Of a DNA stretch of 64,000 nucleotides, positions 1-12,648 are shown in pieces; positions within the stretch are counted from its first letter, which is position 1, and each line of letters begins with the position of its first letter. Made by a program: the position numbers and the translations under genes. Under the pieces are notes generated by a model. It worked only from the letters and a program-made list of their open reading frames with translations, was not told the origin of the DNA and made no database searches. Source of the stretch: Octopus sinensis (lineage: Eukaryota); contig NC_043017.1 in the NCBI RefSeq assembly GCF_006345805.1, forward strand, positions 5,518,001 to 5,582,000, written 5' to 3'.

Positions 1-1239
1 TCAATATTGAGGTTTGTCCCTATTTGAGAAATCAATAAAAAAAAAAGGCCATCAGAGTATCATCAGTTTATCTTAATATATCAAAAGAAGTTTATAGTAA
101 TTGTAATGAACCAGATGCGAAGGTGATTATTATAATGATAATGATGAAAAAGGATGGTAGATTGGCATCAATGTTAATACTTGAGTTAACTAGCATAAAT
201 GCAGAGTTACATCACCATAAATGTTAGTATTCTCAGATCTTTATTTCAACAGTCACAAATAAATCTTAGGCAGACAAAGAAATGATCTCAGGGACAGTTT
301 CTGCATGAAAACCAAGTGGTAACAGGCTTGGTATATAGTAAACAAAGAGATTTTGATAGATTAAAATTGCACCTATTTTCAAGAAAATTAATCAGTAGAA
401 AATATGAAAAGAGAGGCGAAGACAACCCTAAATTATATTTGTTGATTGTCTCCCCTGCTTTCTAAACCCAACTTGATTAATAAACTTGATTCATTTGGGC
501 ACTGCATCTAGCCAAATCCTATTTTTAATAAATTTTAGTTTTAAAATATTAGGATTATTTCTCCAGCATTTTTTGTTTATTAGAATTGATTATTAGGTTA
601 ATGATACTTTCTCCTCACCACGACTGAAATTTTAATCAAATACCTTTCTAAAAGTATAATATCAAAAGTACCACTAGCCAACTTTACTACTAATTGATGC
701 CACGAATGACAAAGCCAAACTTTGCCGAGTCCGAATTAGACAAAAGAAATTAAGTCATGAAACTGTTTCTATATTTCCCAAATGTTTACAATAAATTATT
801 TTATTTCAATGATACCAAGCGTGTAAATCTTATACAGGGTTTCATGTCAGCAAACATGTTTTACAAATGACTTTTTTTTTCTTTCAATTACATACAAATA
901 GTAATAGATATTTCTTTATAAATCCTTTCATTTAATTTAGTTATTTTATGAGAGTTAGAAATGTAAAAATAAGAATATCGTTAGCCGGAAGGGAAGTTAT
1001 AAAATATTATCCTGAGTTGCCTCCCATACAAATACAAGGAATATAAATGAAATAGACGTGGAAGGAGAATTATGATGAATTACAGGTCAAAATCTGAGAT
1101 ACTATAAATTGTCTGCCGCATATATACAATATAACAATAGGTAGTCTGATTACTCATATGCCATTGTGCACAAAGTTACCGATTAACATTACTGTGTGCA
1201 AATAAGGTGTAATAATGTTACATATCCTTCAACCTTTTT

Positions 1240-2510
1240 TCATTTACAGGAAAAAAAGTACTTGCACAATATATACAACACTATGACTGGGTATTGGAAC
1301 AGCTGCTCAACCACTCAAATGTGGAAGCGATATATCTCGACTTTGCAAAGGCCTATGTTAAAGTCGATCATGGAATGATATGTTACAAACTGCGTGATTT
1401 CATTATAGTTAGACAATTGGGAGAATGGCTTCATGACTTTCTGAAGGATAGAAGTCAGGTGGTAGTAGCCAATGGGGCCACCTCCAATGACACGCAAATA
1501 GTGAGCGGTGTTCCGCAAGGCATTGTTTGGGACCACTACTGTTCATAATGGCCCTCTCAGACATGCCCTCAACCACAGAGAGCCACGATCACAGGTTATG
1601 CAGATAATACAAAAGTCTCACAGATAATACAGAACTCTGAAGACACTATGCACCTGCAATGTGAGCTGAATGAAATATACAAGTGGACTGAAAAGAATAA
1701 CATGCAGTTTAATGCTGAAAAGTTTCAAGCCTTGTGCTATCAGCATGCAAAACTAAAGGCAATATCCATTCAATACACTGGACCTGGAGGGATTGCAATC
1801 CCAGAAGCACAGTCAGTGCGAGACCTGGGTATTTACATGAGTATTTACATGTGCATGTTGCTAAATTGGCAATGAAATGCAGGCGGCTGACGGATGGATT
1901 CTTAGAACTTTGAAAACAAGAAATCAGGAAACCATGATGGTTCTCTGGAGGACACTTGTCCTAAGCCACTTTGACTATTGCTCTCCGCTATGGTCACCAA
2001 CCAGTGTCAAATTAATCTACGAAGATGATAGCCTCTATGCAGCATATAAGCTACTGGGAAAGACTCAAGAGATTAAAACTCTATTCCTTAGGGCGTAGGC
2101 GAGAAAGATATGCAATAATAAACATCTGGAAGATCATGTCAAGACTTATCCCAAGCTTTGGCATCGAGAGTTGCACAAATACTAGAACTGGGCACCACTG
2201 CATAGCGCCAAGGTCTCCAAATTTGCCATCAATATATAGGACAAGATACTGCAATAGCTTGGGCTTCAAAGGTCAACAGCTCTTCAATATCCTCCTGAAG
2301 GTGTCTTCAAAATAAAGATGGATCTTTTACTGTCAAGTGTCCCAGATGAGCCAACTTAGCGGCAGGAGGTGCAGATGAGGGCAGCGGCATCAATCACCCT
2401 CATGCACCAAATGACAATTCCTAAAATGTATTTTTTAAGTAAAATTATGTAGCAACACCAAATGACGGTGCCCCAGCATGGCCACAGCTCATGAACAGAA
2501 ACTAGACATA
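1240..2510 (+). mobile_element. Decayed, 5'-truncated CR1/L2-like LINE (RT region to 3' tail)
   Basis: Broken frames give IYLDFAKAY.KVDHG, SGVPQG, GYADNTKV, MQFNAEKFQ, VRDLGI, LSHFDYCSPLWSP, LKLYSLGRRRERY; tail ggtgccccagcatggccacag then (TA)n. Confidence 0.9.
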
Positions 2511-2515
2511 AAAAA

Positions 2516-2564
<49 letters not shown>

Positions 2565-2565
<1 letters not shown>

Positions 2566-3822
2566 TAAATTAGAGATAAAACCACTGTTAGGCAAATCAA
2601 ACAGTGAAAAACATAAACCAAAACATAAAAATAAATATAATTAATAAAATATACAAAAAATATAAAATTTAAAATTAAATTATTTAAATTTATATTATAA
2701 ATTTTTATATTTTTTATATTTTTTAAATTTTAAATTTATAAATTTTTAAATTTATAAATTTTTAAACTTTTAATTTTTTGATATTTATATTTATTTATTT
2801 AGTTTTTTTTTATCTAACTATCAAAAAGGTATTAAAAAGTTTAATATATAATAAGTAAAACCACTACGTACATTTCATGGCCATAACCCAATTCGAATTA
2901 CAATAATTTAAATTCTATTAAAAATTCGAATAATAATCATAGTCAATCTTCAGGTTAAAGATAATAGTTAAATAAATAAGCAAATACATTATAAAAAACT
3001 CTATTATCAAATTAGAAACTTTAACGATTAGGATTATGTTATACAATCCAATTATAATGTTAGATATTAATTTTTAAGTTAAAAATAGATAGAAAATGTA
3101 TTTATCTATTAAGATATAAAATGGCTATAAAAACCTAATAAACTCAAGAATAACCTAATCTCAGTTATAGTCAATATCTAATTACCAAATTATTTAACAA
3201 AAAAATAATCACTATTCATATTTTTAAATTTAAGTTCAAATCTAATAATTATAAAATATTTAAGAATAATAACTAAATTATTATCAATAAATATAATAAT
3301 TTAGATCTAAAATTTTCTCTATCAATAAATATATATACGTATAATTATTAGATTTGAACTTAAATTTTAAAATAATTGGATTCTATGACATAATCCTAAG
3401 TTTCTAATTTGATAATAGAGTTTTTATAAGAAAAATTATTTTATTTATTTCTGGGTTATGGCCATGAAACGTATGTAGTGGTTTTACTTATTATATTATA
3501 TTAAACATTTTAATACCTTTTTGATAGTTATATAAAAAATAAATAAATAAATAAATAAATACAAATATTAAAATATTAAAAATTTACAAGTTTAAAAATT
3601 TATAAATATAAAATATAAAAAAATATAAAAATTTATAAATATAAAATATAAAAAAATATAAAAATTTATAAATATAAATTAAAAAATTTTAAATTTAAAT
3701 AATTTAATTTTAAATTTTATATTTTATACTTTTTGTATATTATATTAATTATATTAATTTTTATGTTTTGGTTATGTTTTTCACTGTTTGATTTGCCTAA
3801 TAGTGATTTTATTTCTAATTTT
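2565..3822. repeat. Very AT-rich nested inverted repeat (foldback-like)
   Basis: Arms ~2565-2889 and ~3453-3822 are reverse complements with scattered mismatches; inner pairs 2994-3055/3372-3427 and a perfect 28-bp pair 3226-3253/3340-3367. Confidence 0.85.
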
Positions 3823-3911
3823 ATATTTATTCTGTGAAATTTGATTTAATCCTAAATCTAATTTTTCCTTGTAAGTTTGGATTTACTCCCTAATATTATA
3901 TATATATATAT

Positions 3912-4940
3912 AATCCTTAATCCTTAAAAATGTTTCAGCCCGAAGGCTGCGGCCATGCTGGGGCACCACCGTTGAATGAGCTACACTAGTATGTGAATCC
4001 ACCTCTGATACGTATCACCTGGTCGACAAGGGAGTTCGATGCCGCTGCCCGCATCTGTGTCTCCTGCCGAGAGGTAGGTTCATCTGGGACCCCCGACAAG
4101 AAGAGATCCAGTTTAGTTTTAAAGGAACCCACATCCACACCATGCAAGTCTCTTAGGCATTTAGGGAGGATGTTGAAGAGCTGCGGTCCTCTGAAACCCA
4201 AGCTGTTGCAGTATCTGGTCCTATATTTTGATGGTGATGTTGGATCTTTGGCACCATGCAGTGGCGCCCCGTTCTGCGGTTGAGGTAACTTTGAATGAAA
4301 AAGTTTGGGACAAGTCCCTCCAGGATTTTCCAGATGTATATCACTGCATATCTCTCCCACCTTCACTCTAGGGAGAATAGTTTTAATACTTTCAGTCTTT
4401 CCCAGTAGCTGATATGTTGCATTGAGACGATCTTCTTAGTGTAGCTTCTTTGAATTGTTTCGAGTTCTGCTGTTAGCTTTATATTGTGTGGTGACCATAG
4501 ATGGGAGCAGTAGTCCAAGCGGCTGAAGACGAAAGTTTCCCAAAGGACTATCAGTGTCTCCTTCTCTCTTGTTCTGAAAGTTTGAAGAATCTATCCAGCT
4601 AGCTGTCTGCATTTTATCACCAAATTAGTAATATGCACTTGGAAAGAGGCATCATTGCTCATGTCAATGCCCAGTTCAAGCACCGATTTTGACTCAGGAA
4701 TTACAATTCTTCCCGGGCCAGTGTATCCAGTCTGCATGTCGTTTACCTTTGTGTGCCAGTAGCGCAGGGCCTGGAACTTACTTGCATTAAACTGCATGTT
4801 GTTGTCTTCAGCCCACCTGTAAATTGTATCTAACTCCTGTTGCAGATGTGCAATATTTCCAGGGTTTTGTATTGCTAGCAAGGGCCACTATGAACAGCAG
4901 TGGCCCCAAGACAGTGCCCTGTGGAACACCGCTTGTTATT
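3912..4940 (-). mobile_element. Second decayed CR1/L2-like LINE of the same family, opposite orientation
   Basis: SGVPQGTVLGPLLF, WAEDNNMQFNASKFQ, RYCNSLGFRGPQLFNILP, FKTKLDLFLSGVPDEP; tail ggtgccccagcatggccgcagccttcgggctgaaaca then (AAGGATT)2 and (TA)n. Confidence 0.92.
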
Positions 4941-6256
4941 TGTGTATATGTACACACACACACACACACACACACATTATATATGCACACATACATACAT
5001 ATATATATATATATATTAACAGAATGAGATAAAAATCCAAGGCTGTGAAACATTTCAGAACATCTATAAAGGTCTTACAGCTGTTTCCCTTTTTCCTTTT
5101 GTTTTTGTTTTGTTTGTTTATTGTCACCAACATAGAAGATCAGGAAATGCCGGGATTTTAACATTTGGGCAATATTTAATGGATTATCACTCAAATTATT
5201 AAGTAACATATTTGATGCCAATTAGGTTTTAGTGTTGCCTACATACCTACTCTCATAGTGAAGTCACTAGTGTTACTGTTTGTATATTATACTTTACACA
5301 AACTTAAAAATTTTAAATATTTGACCCAACCCTAAAATTGTTTTGGTCTTAGTATTAGAAAAACTTACACAAACAATACTGTGCTGCTTGTTATTGTTTT
5401 TTGGCTCTGACTGAGCAGACCCACAATAGAAGCTACTTCAGCCATGACCATCCTGTTTTTTTTTTGTTTTTTTTCTTAAGACTCTAGGGTATGATTTGCA
5501 GAGCATATGGTAGCTATTTCTGCACAGAAACTTGCTTCAGTTGATTGCTTAAGTAGTTAATTGCAGAAGCAACTGTTCAAATTTTATTTCACTAGTGTCA
5601 TATTTCTGACCATATTTACTTTAAGTTCATCCTGCAGTTTTAAACTTAAATTGTGTGATTTCCTAATCTGGAAAAGATAGGTAGATATAAGAAGGAGATT
5701 TTGCTACAGATCTTTTTAATTGTTTGTACAATTATGTTAGGCATTGATAAGTGTATATCCCAACTAGTTTTTGAACACTGAATTGCAATAGGAGTCCACC
5801 AGAATAAAATAGTAATCAAAAGGTTTCATAGATAAAAAAAAAAATGGTTGAGAACTCATGAGTTAAATGAACCTTCCTCTATTCCTTCTGTTAGTCTCTC
5901 CTTGGAGGCCCTGGAAACTATCATGGGTCCTGCCCTTCCCTCCCCATGAGATATGATAAAAATACTTCATTCCACTCATACTTTTCACAATCCATCACCT
6001 AATCCACCCACACCCACATAATGTCAAAATGTCATTCGGTATCTATATACCCTCCCATATGACCCTCTGAAAGTATTGCAGGAACATTCTTCTTTATATA
6101 TCTATCTATCTATCTACTATATATATCTAGTTCTCATGTGAAAGTAATTAGACCCACTTTGCACCATCACCATTATATCTGGTCCCTCCTATGCTAAACT
6201 CCTCCTATACTAAACTCCTCCTTCTTCCAAGGTGTAGATAAAGGAAGAATATAGAA

Positions 6257-6307
<51 letters not shown>

Positions 6308-6463
6308 TTCCAGCATCAACAGATAAATAGATGAAGGTATGCAAAGGGGAAGGAAGAAAAGAAGAGGTTACCTACAAGTAGCACCCACCAGCACCCAGCC
6401 ATTAAAATACTCTATTTACTTCTTTTTCCTCCTCAGTAAGTGGTAAACAAGAATGAGGTTAGC

Positions 6464-6482
6464 AGGTCACTTGACCTATTTT
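6464..6482. promoter_or_regulatory. Perfect AGGTCA inverted repeat (IR2) fused to a RORE
   Basis: AGGTCA-ct-TGACCT; the minus strand reads AAAATAGGTCA over 6482-6472. Motif match only. Confidence 0.35.
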
Positions 6483-7070
6483 GTTGGAAGTAACTTAGTT
6501 ACAATTTATGACTGGTAAACACACACATACAGACACAGTGGCATGCACAATTGAAATACAGTTATGCCTTACAGATATATACACACACACATACACAAGT
6601 GATCAATAAGTACTCTCTCACTCTCTCTATCACACACATGCATACAAGGTGTGTGTGTGTATCTTTTCTCTTAATATAGCATAGTGAAAGAACTATCCAT
6701 TACACACTCCACTTAAAGCTAATGACAATTGTAAGGATTAATTATATGCAGAGAAAAATACTATTGTCCTTTTCTTTCCTCTTCTGTGACTTAGTCAAAA
6801 ACAATTTTTTTTTTCTCTTGTCTGAGCAGTCAGAGAGGTCCTGTTGCCTGACTTCATAATTGTAGGTCATGAGTTCAATATATAAGTATGTTTGTAGCGT
6901 GGGTAGGAAGGAGAGGCAGATTTTGTTTGTCTCAAAAAATAAAGTAGAACTTAACAGGGTGACTAGGTGACCTCTCTCAATCACCAACAGTCAATGGTAT
7001 GTGTGCGTGGATGTATGTAAAGTGTACACACACATATATATACACAGAAGTTCATTAGTTATATTTATAA

Positions 7071-7139
<69 letters not shown>

Positions 7140-7152
7140 TGTATGTGTATGA

Positions 7153-7188
<36 letters not shown>

Positions 7189-7322
7189 CCGCCTTTAGTC
7201 AAGCAAATTGACCCCAGGACTTATTCTTTGTAAGCCTATCAGTCTCTTTTGTCGAACTGCTAAGTTACAGGGATGTAAACACACCAGCATCGGTTGTCAA
7301 GTGAATTTGAGGGGACAAACAC
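7189..7322 (-). mobile_element. SINE family A, 3' half
   Basis: Reverse complement of the 8340-8465 segment. Confidence 0.75.
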
Positions 7323-8131
7323 AGGCATAAACGTATGTTTGTGTATGCATCATCATCATAATTTAACATCTCTCTTCATTGATGCTTGGGTTGGACTGTG
7401 TATGTATATATAAAACTAATGAAATCTTCTGCCTGACTAGCTTTCAAATTGAGGATCCTTAAAATCCCAAAAATACATGCTGTGATTCAGTGCGGGGTCA
7501 TACCCCAAAGTTTAAAAAAGAAAGAAAAAACATCAACACTTCTTCAGAGTAGCCCCCCACCCCCACCCAAACACGCATGCATACACATTTTTTTTTTCTT
7601 TATGAATGACACACAACTATTTTCAAATTATCTTAATCTATTTCCCTGACACTATTTTAGTGGGTTTTTCATCCCTCTATTACCTGATTGAGAGCAACTA
7701 TATTGTGTTCATATGAGCTTGAACTTTCATTGCCTGTACTTTACTTTTCAGGTTTTTTTGTTTTTGTTTCTTTTTTTCTTTTTTTTCACCCAAACATAAC
7801 CTTTTACCTAATTTATGTATTTAGAAGTGGTGGGATTATAACAGCTTTTATTTGGTTAGTTCTTTAGAGTTTAACCTAATTTCATGAAACACCTACATTC
7901 TCAAATGTGTATATACACATACATAGCGCTATTAATTCTCCTGTAAATATAGGTTAGTAAAAGTAAATTCAATTTCATTGAATTTCTCAGATTTTATTGC
8001 TAGAATATTTTCAATATTTGTACATTTGAAGGTGAATTCGCTGGTGTAAAGGTAACACACTTAGTAGCTTTAACAAAGGGACGTGGGATCGATTCCCACA
8101 CGGATGACAAAGCTTTCTTTTTAATGGGGGA

Positions 8132-8511
8132 AGGAGTGGCTGTGTGGTAAGTAGCTTGCTTACCAACCACATGGTTCCGGGTTCAGTCCCACTGCGTGGC
8201 ACCTTGGGCAAGTGTCTTCTACTATAGCCTCGGGCCGACCAAAGCCTTGTGAGTGGATTTGGTAGATGGAAACTGAAAGAAGCCTGTCATATTTATGTAT
8301 ATATGTTTGTGTGTGTGTGTGTGTTTGTCTCTCCAACATCGCTTGACAACAAATGCTGGTGTGTTTACGTCCCCATAACCTAGCAGTTCAGCAAGAGAGA
8401 CCGATAGAATAAGTACTAGACTTACAAAGAATAAGTCCTGGGGTCGATTTGCTTGACTAAAGGTGGTGCTCCAGCATGGCCGTAGTCAAAATGACTGAAA
8501 CAAGTAAAAGA
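8132..8511 (+). mobile_element. Near full-length tRNA-derived SINE, family A
   Basis: Head ggagtggctgtgtggtaag...gggttcagtcccactgcgtggcaccttgggcaagtg, internal (TG)n, tail ccagcatggccgtagtcaaaatgactgaaacaagtaaaag; many related copies in the window. Confidence 0.85.
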
Positions 8512-9449
8512 GGGAACTTGCATATGCTAACAAGAAAGGGAGGAGGCCATCAATTTTCCCACAAATATTAGCCCTTTAGTATTCAGGTTACACTGTCAAA
8601 TTTAATGCTTATTTATTCACATTGTTTTGAATTAATCATGCATTATGTTGTAGTTTCAAGATTTCGATTAAGTGATTGCTTATCATTAGGATACTATTGT
8701 GGGGTACGTGTGAGAGGTGAGATCTAGCCATGTTGAACATAAAACAGGTAGAATATTTCACTCTGATACGGATGGTTTCAATGCTAAAGGGTTAAATAGT
8801 TAACCATATATTTACTCGGTTATTAGTCATACCTTTTAAACATTCAGTTAAAACATGGCATTAGTGTAATGACCATAACTATAACCACCATTGCTGTTAA
8901 CATCAGGAGATATAGATTCCTTAAACTGAAGAAAACCAAATGAAATATAGAATGTAGAGTGGTTTTTGGTCCAAGAGTTGAACTTATTTAGTTCATCTAA
9001 ATAGAAATTAAACTAGTATCTAAGAGACAATGAACTGACTACATTAAAACTATACGAAAGACTAACTGGCTTAGCATAATGCAGAAATCAATATCAGTGA
9101 CCATGTTCAATAATGTCATCTCCGCGCAGCTCCTTAAATATTTGTGGAACTAAAAGTTTATTACGTAGATTTTGTAAATATGCATTATGCCCCTAATCCA
9201 GAGGATAATAGGAAGAACATGAATGGTTAACTGTAATGACAAAGGTAGAAATTGAGATCAGATTATGCTTTGGCTAGATTTCACATTACATTTCATGCAG
9301 TGTCTTCACTTCAAAGGTTTTAATCAATCCTATCTACTTCAGGAATTGTTTCAGTCTTGTATTTATTTTATTGATTGATATTTACCAAATCACTAAGTTA
9401 TGTATTTTGACAATTATAAATGCACCGGCACACACACATACATACACAC

Positions 9450-9620
9450 ACCACTTGACATTTTGTGTTGGCTTTTCTTCCTATAACCTAGTGGTTCAGT
9501 AAAAAGTGAACTAATAGAATAAATACCTAACTTATAATAAGTACTGGGATCAGTTTGATCACTAAACCCATCAAGGTTGTGCCCCAGTATGGCCGCAGTC
9601 CAATAACTGAAGGAATAAAA
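9450..9620 (+). mobile_element. SINE family A, degenerate 3' half
   Basis: Ends ccccagtatggccgcagtccaataactgaa. Confidence 0.65.
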
Positions 9621-11904
9621 TACACATACACACACATATAGCAGCCTTTTTCACAGTTTCCATCTACCAAATTCTACTTATAAGATATTGATTAACCCAA
9701 AGCTACAACAGAAGGCAATTGCCTAAGGTCCACTCAGGAGCCATGTAATTGTAAAGCCATACTTATGCTTTTGCTGTTGTTTTTTTCAGGGCTATTTATG
9801 GGTTAAAGACAGGGCAGCATGTATGAACCTTTTCAGAGTCTCTGAGACTAGTGTGAGAAAGAACAAAGCTTATCCTCACACAAGAGACCTAGTTGTAATA
9901 CTTTTAACAGCATGGATTCCCACAAAATACACTCAAAGGATCAGACAGTAGTGTTAAACTAGAAACTGTGCACTTGAATATTTAATAACAATGTGATAAC
10001 CTTGCTGTTCAAAATGGTTTTAACTAAAAACCAAAATTATATTGCACACTCAGCTAGCTAATGTAGACTATAATTGATTTATTTTACTTGTTTTACTTTG
10101 TGTCACATTTGCTATGTATTTTATATACTGGGCAACTCTCAAGGTACTCTCACATTCAAGACTTTAAAACATTGTTTTAATGTGTGTAAAAGTAGGCACC
10201 ATGTTATTAGACATGGTGTTAGTGGTGGTAGTTGGGGGAAGCCTAGCAAGAACAATAAAACTGAACAGAAAGACTAGAGGTCCAGGGTAGTGGTTGTGGG
10301 GTTCAGTGAATAACAGTAAAAGAAATGAAGAAATGATAAAACTAAGAGAACAAAAAAATTGAAAAATAAATATAAAAAGAAAAACCAAGTTCATATGTAA
10401 AAGCAAGAAGGAGAGTGGAAGAGGATGGGGAACAAGATTCTAAATTCCTTCAAGAGGAAATAGCAAAAATAACTCTGGTATGCTTTGTTTCATTCTAGAA
10501 AAAAGAAATACAATACCCACTTCATACAAACAAACAAGTAAACTTAATTTCTCCATCCATTCAGCTTTTCTTTCTTCATGAACCAGAATCCACCCAAAAA
10601 AAGCTACTTACTCAAACACAATTGTAAAACAATTCCCAAATGTTGATCTTAGTGGGTGTGTGGATAAGCAAACATCTCTCTCTCTCTCTCTCTCTCACTC
10701 TCTCTCTCTCTCCCTTTCTCTCTCTCTCTCTCTCTCTCTCCCTTTCTCTTTCTCCCTCTATCTGTCTGTCTATCTTACACAGTGACACAAAATATTCTTA
10801 ATATGGCTATCAACTAAAGGGAACCAAATTATCAATCATTTGTTCTAACACCAGTATAAAAGTTGAGTTTGAGATTAAATAGGCTTCCTTCTTGCATGTC
10901 TAGAACAAAAGCATCTCTAATTTACAGCATCATAAACAATTTGAAAAGGGATACACATGTAAAAGTTTGTAGATGAAAGAAAGAGGAAATATTTGAAGTT
11001 TCTAATTCGTCAACACATAAGCATTCTCACACATTCAGCTAGGCATTATGGGCCTAATTCCCATGCTATAAATAGAACAAGACAGAGAGGTCACCAATCA
11101 ACAGATGAAGCTGAAACATGAAACTAGACTAGTAACTCTCTCTGTTTTAGTTTTGAACACACACACACATAATGGAGACTAGTCTGAGAAACAAAGGTAG
11201 TCTCCATAGTGTTATTTTAGAACTGTCAGCGATTTAAAAAAAATAAGGAAAGCTGAATAAGTTAATACTGTCCAGAAATGTAGCAAAATGAGACCAGAAA
11301 AAAATGACAAACACAGAAAGTTCTAGAAAACGATGGTTTTTGAGAACATCATCTTGGTAGACATAACATAGATATAAAGGTAAGGGGCGTTTTTGATGGA
11401 CCTTGTCAAATAGGTTTAGATGAACAACCAGTCATATCCATAACAAAAAAGACACTTTAAGCAGATGGATGTGGCTGCACATATGAAACTGGAATATTGA
11501 CTGTTTTCTATTTCATGTTGACATGTACCTACTATTTCACATAGAAATGGAACAGAAAAGTTATCACATTCATAGCTATCCCAGTGACATTACTTTGTTT
11601 TATTGTTCTGATACAGATATTTAAGCTGGTCCCCTAATTTGGATATTAGAATGAATTGAGAAATCAACATTATGCATTGAGAGCTCCAATACTGCACTAT
11701 ATTTCAGCAGAACTATATATATACACACACAGTCACAAATACAAGGCAGTATTTTCCTATAACTAGATATGTTTTTCGTGGAAGACAGGAAATGAACAAC
11801 ATGATACATATAACATGTCATGTTGTTCATTTACAAGTATTACACACTACTAAGTCAAGGAAACACAAATACACACACACATACAGACAGCTATAGATAT
11901 GTGT

Positions 11905-12035
11905 ATATACAATGGGCTTCTTTCAGTTTTTGTCTACTAAATCCACTCACAAACTTTAGTTGATCCAGTGCTATAAGTAGAAGATATTTGCCCAAGGTAC
12001 CATACTGAGGGTTGACCCTGCAACCACATGGCAGG
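11905..12035 (-). mobile_element. SINE family A, 5' half
   Basis: gggcttctttcagtttttgtctactaaatccactcac...ttgcccaagg is the reverse complement of 8195-8290. Confidence 0.7.
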
Positions 12036-12468
12036 GAAATTAAATCTCCTTCAAATCACAACCTACCATCTAAGAAAAATGGTTGCAGTGGATAATGTAG
12101 TCCATTACATAATATAGAATTCTACCACACTTGAAAAAAGAAGGCAATGTCATAGCAGAAATGGCTTTTATCATAGGTCTACTTGATCAGAGATGACTTG
12201 AGGGTAAACAACAACAACAGTAAAGTGTATCTTTCCATGGTCGCTACAAATAGTTAGGTGAACCAAGCCAGGGAAATTCTGTGAGGGACTTGATGAAGTG
12301 TTAGTGATAACATACAAGTAAGAACTAGTGTAGAGACGTCATATTCCTGTAAGAATTTGAGTGCTGTGGTAATGATCATTCTGTTGAATGCATATCATCA
12401 ATTCTTAATCTTAGAGTAAAAAGTAAAAAAGTTTGACATTTAAATGAAAACAATCTTATGCAACTTAC

Positions 12469-12648
12469 ATATGACTAATTTTTCAGAGTGTAATGTATTT
12501 ATAGTTCTCAAGTCTGTTGTTTTCATCATCAGTTGACTAAAAAACGTGGGGTCATCAGAGTGGTTGTGCTTGACAAGGGTTTCGAGGGATTTCAGCAAAA
12601 TATCTTGAATCTTTTTAATTTGTTCTTCATTTCTCAAGCCTGGACGGT
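12469..12648 (-). CDS. E75: E75-like nuclear receptor, LBD helix 9-11 exon
   Basis: (D)RPGLRNEEQIKKIQDILLKSLETLVKHNHSDDPTFFSQLMMKTTDLRTINTLHSEKLVI; DRPGL and DLRTxxTLHxEKL are NR1D hallmarks. Acceptor cttcatttgcag; gtaagt donor at 12468-12463, or read-through to a stop at 12440. Confidence 0.9.

Noticed and set aside
2565-3822. Mitochondrial insertion (NUMT) as an explanation for the extreme AT content
   Set aside because: No mitochondrial gene, tRNA or rRNA motif recognised; nested inverted symmetry explains the region better. A BLAST is needed to exclude it fully.
8038-8108. tRNA-like segment with A-box and B-box-like motifs
   Set aside because: I could not fold an acceptor stem or clean anticodon arm; more likely a degenerate SINE head.
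9790-9950. Plus-strand acceptor followed by about 53 open codons
   Set aside because: No recognisable protein similarity or partner exons; consistent with chance.
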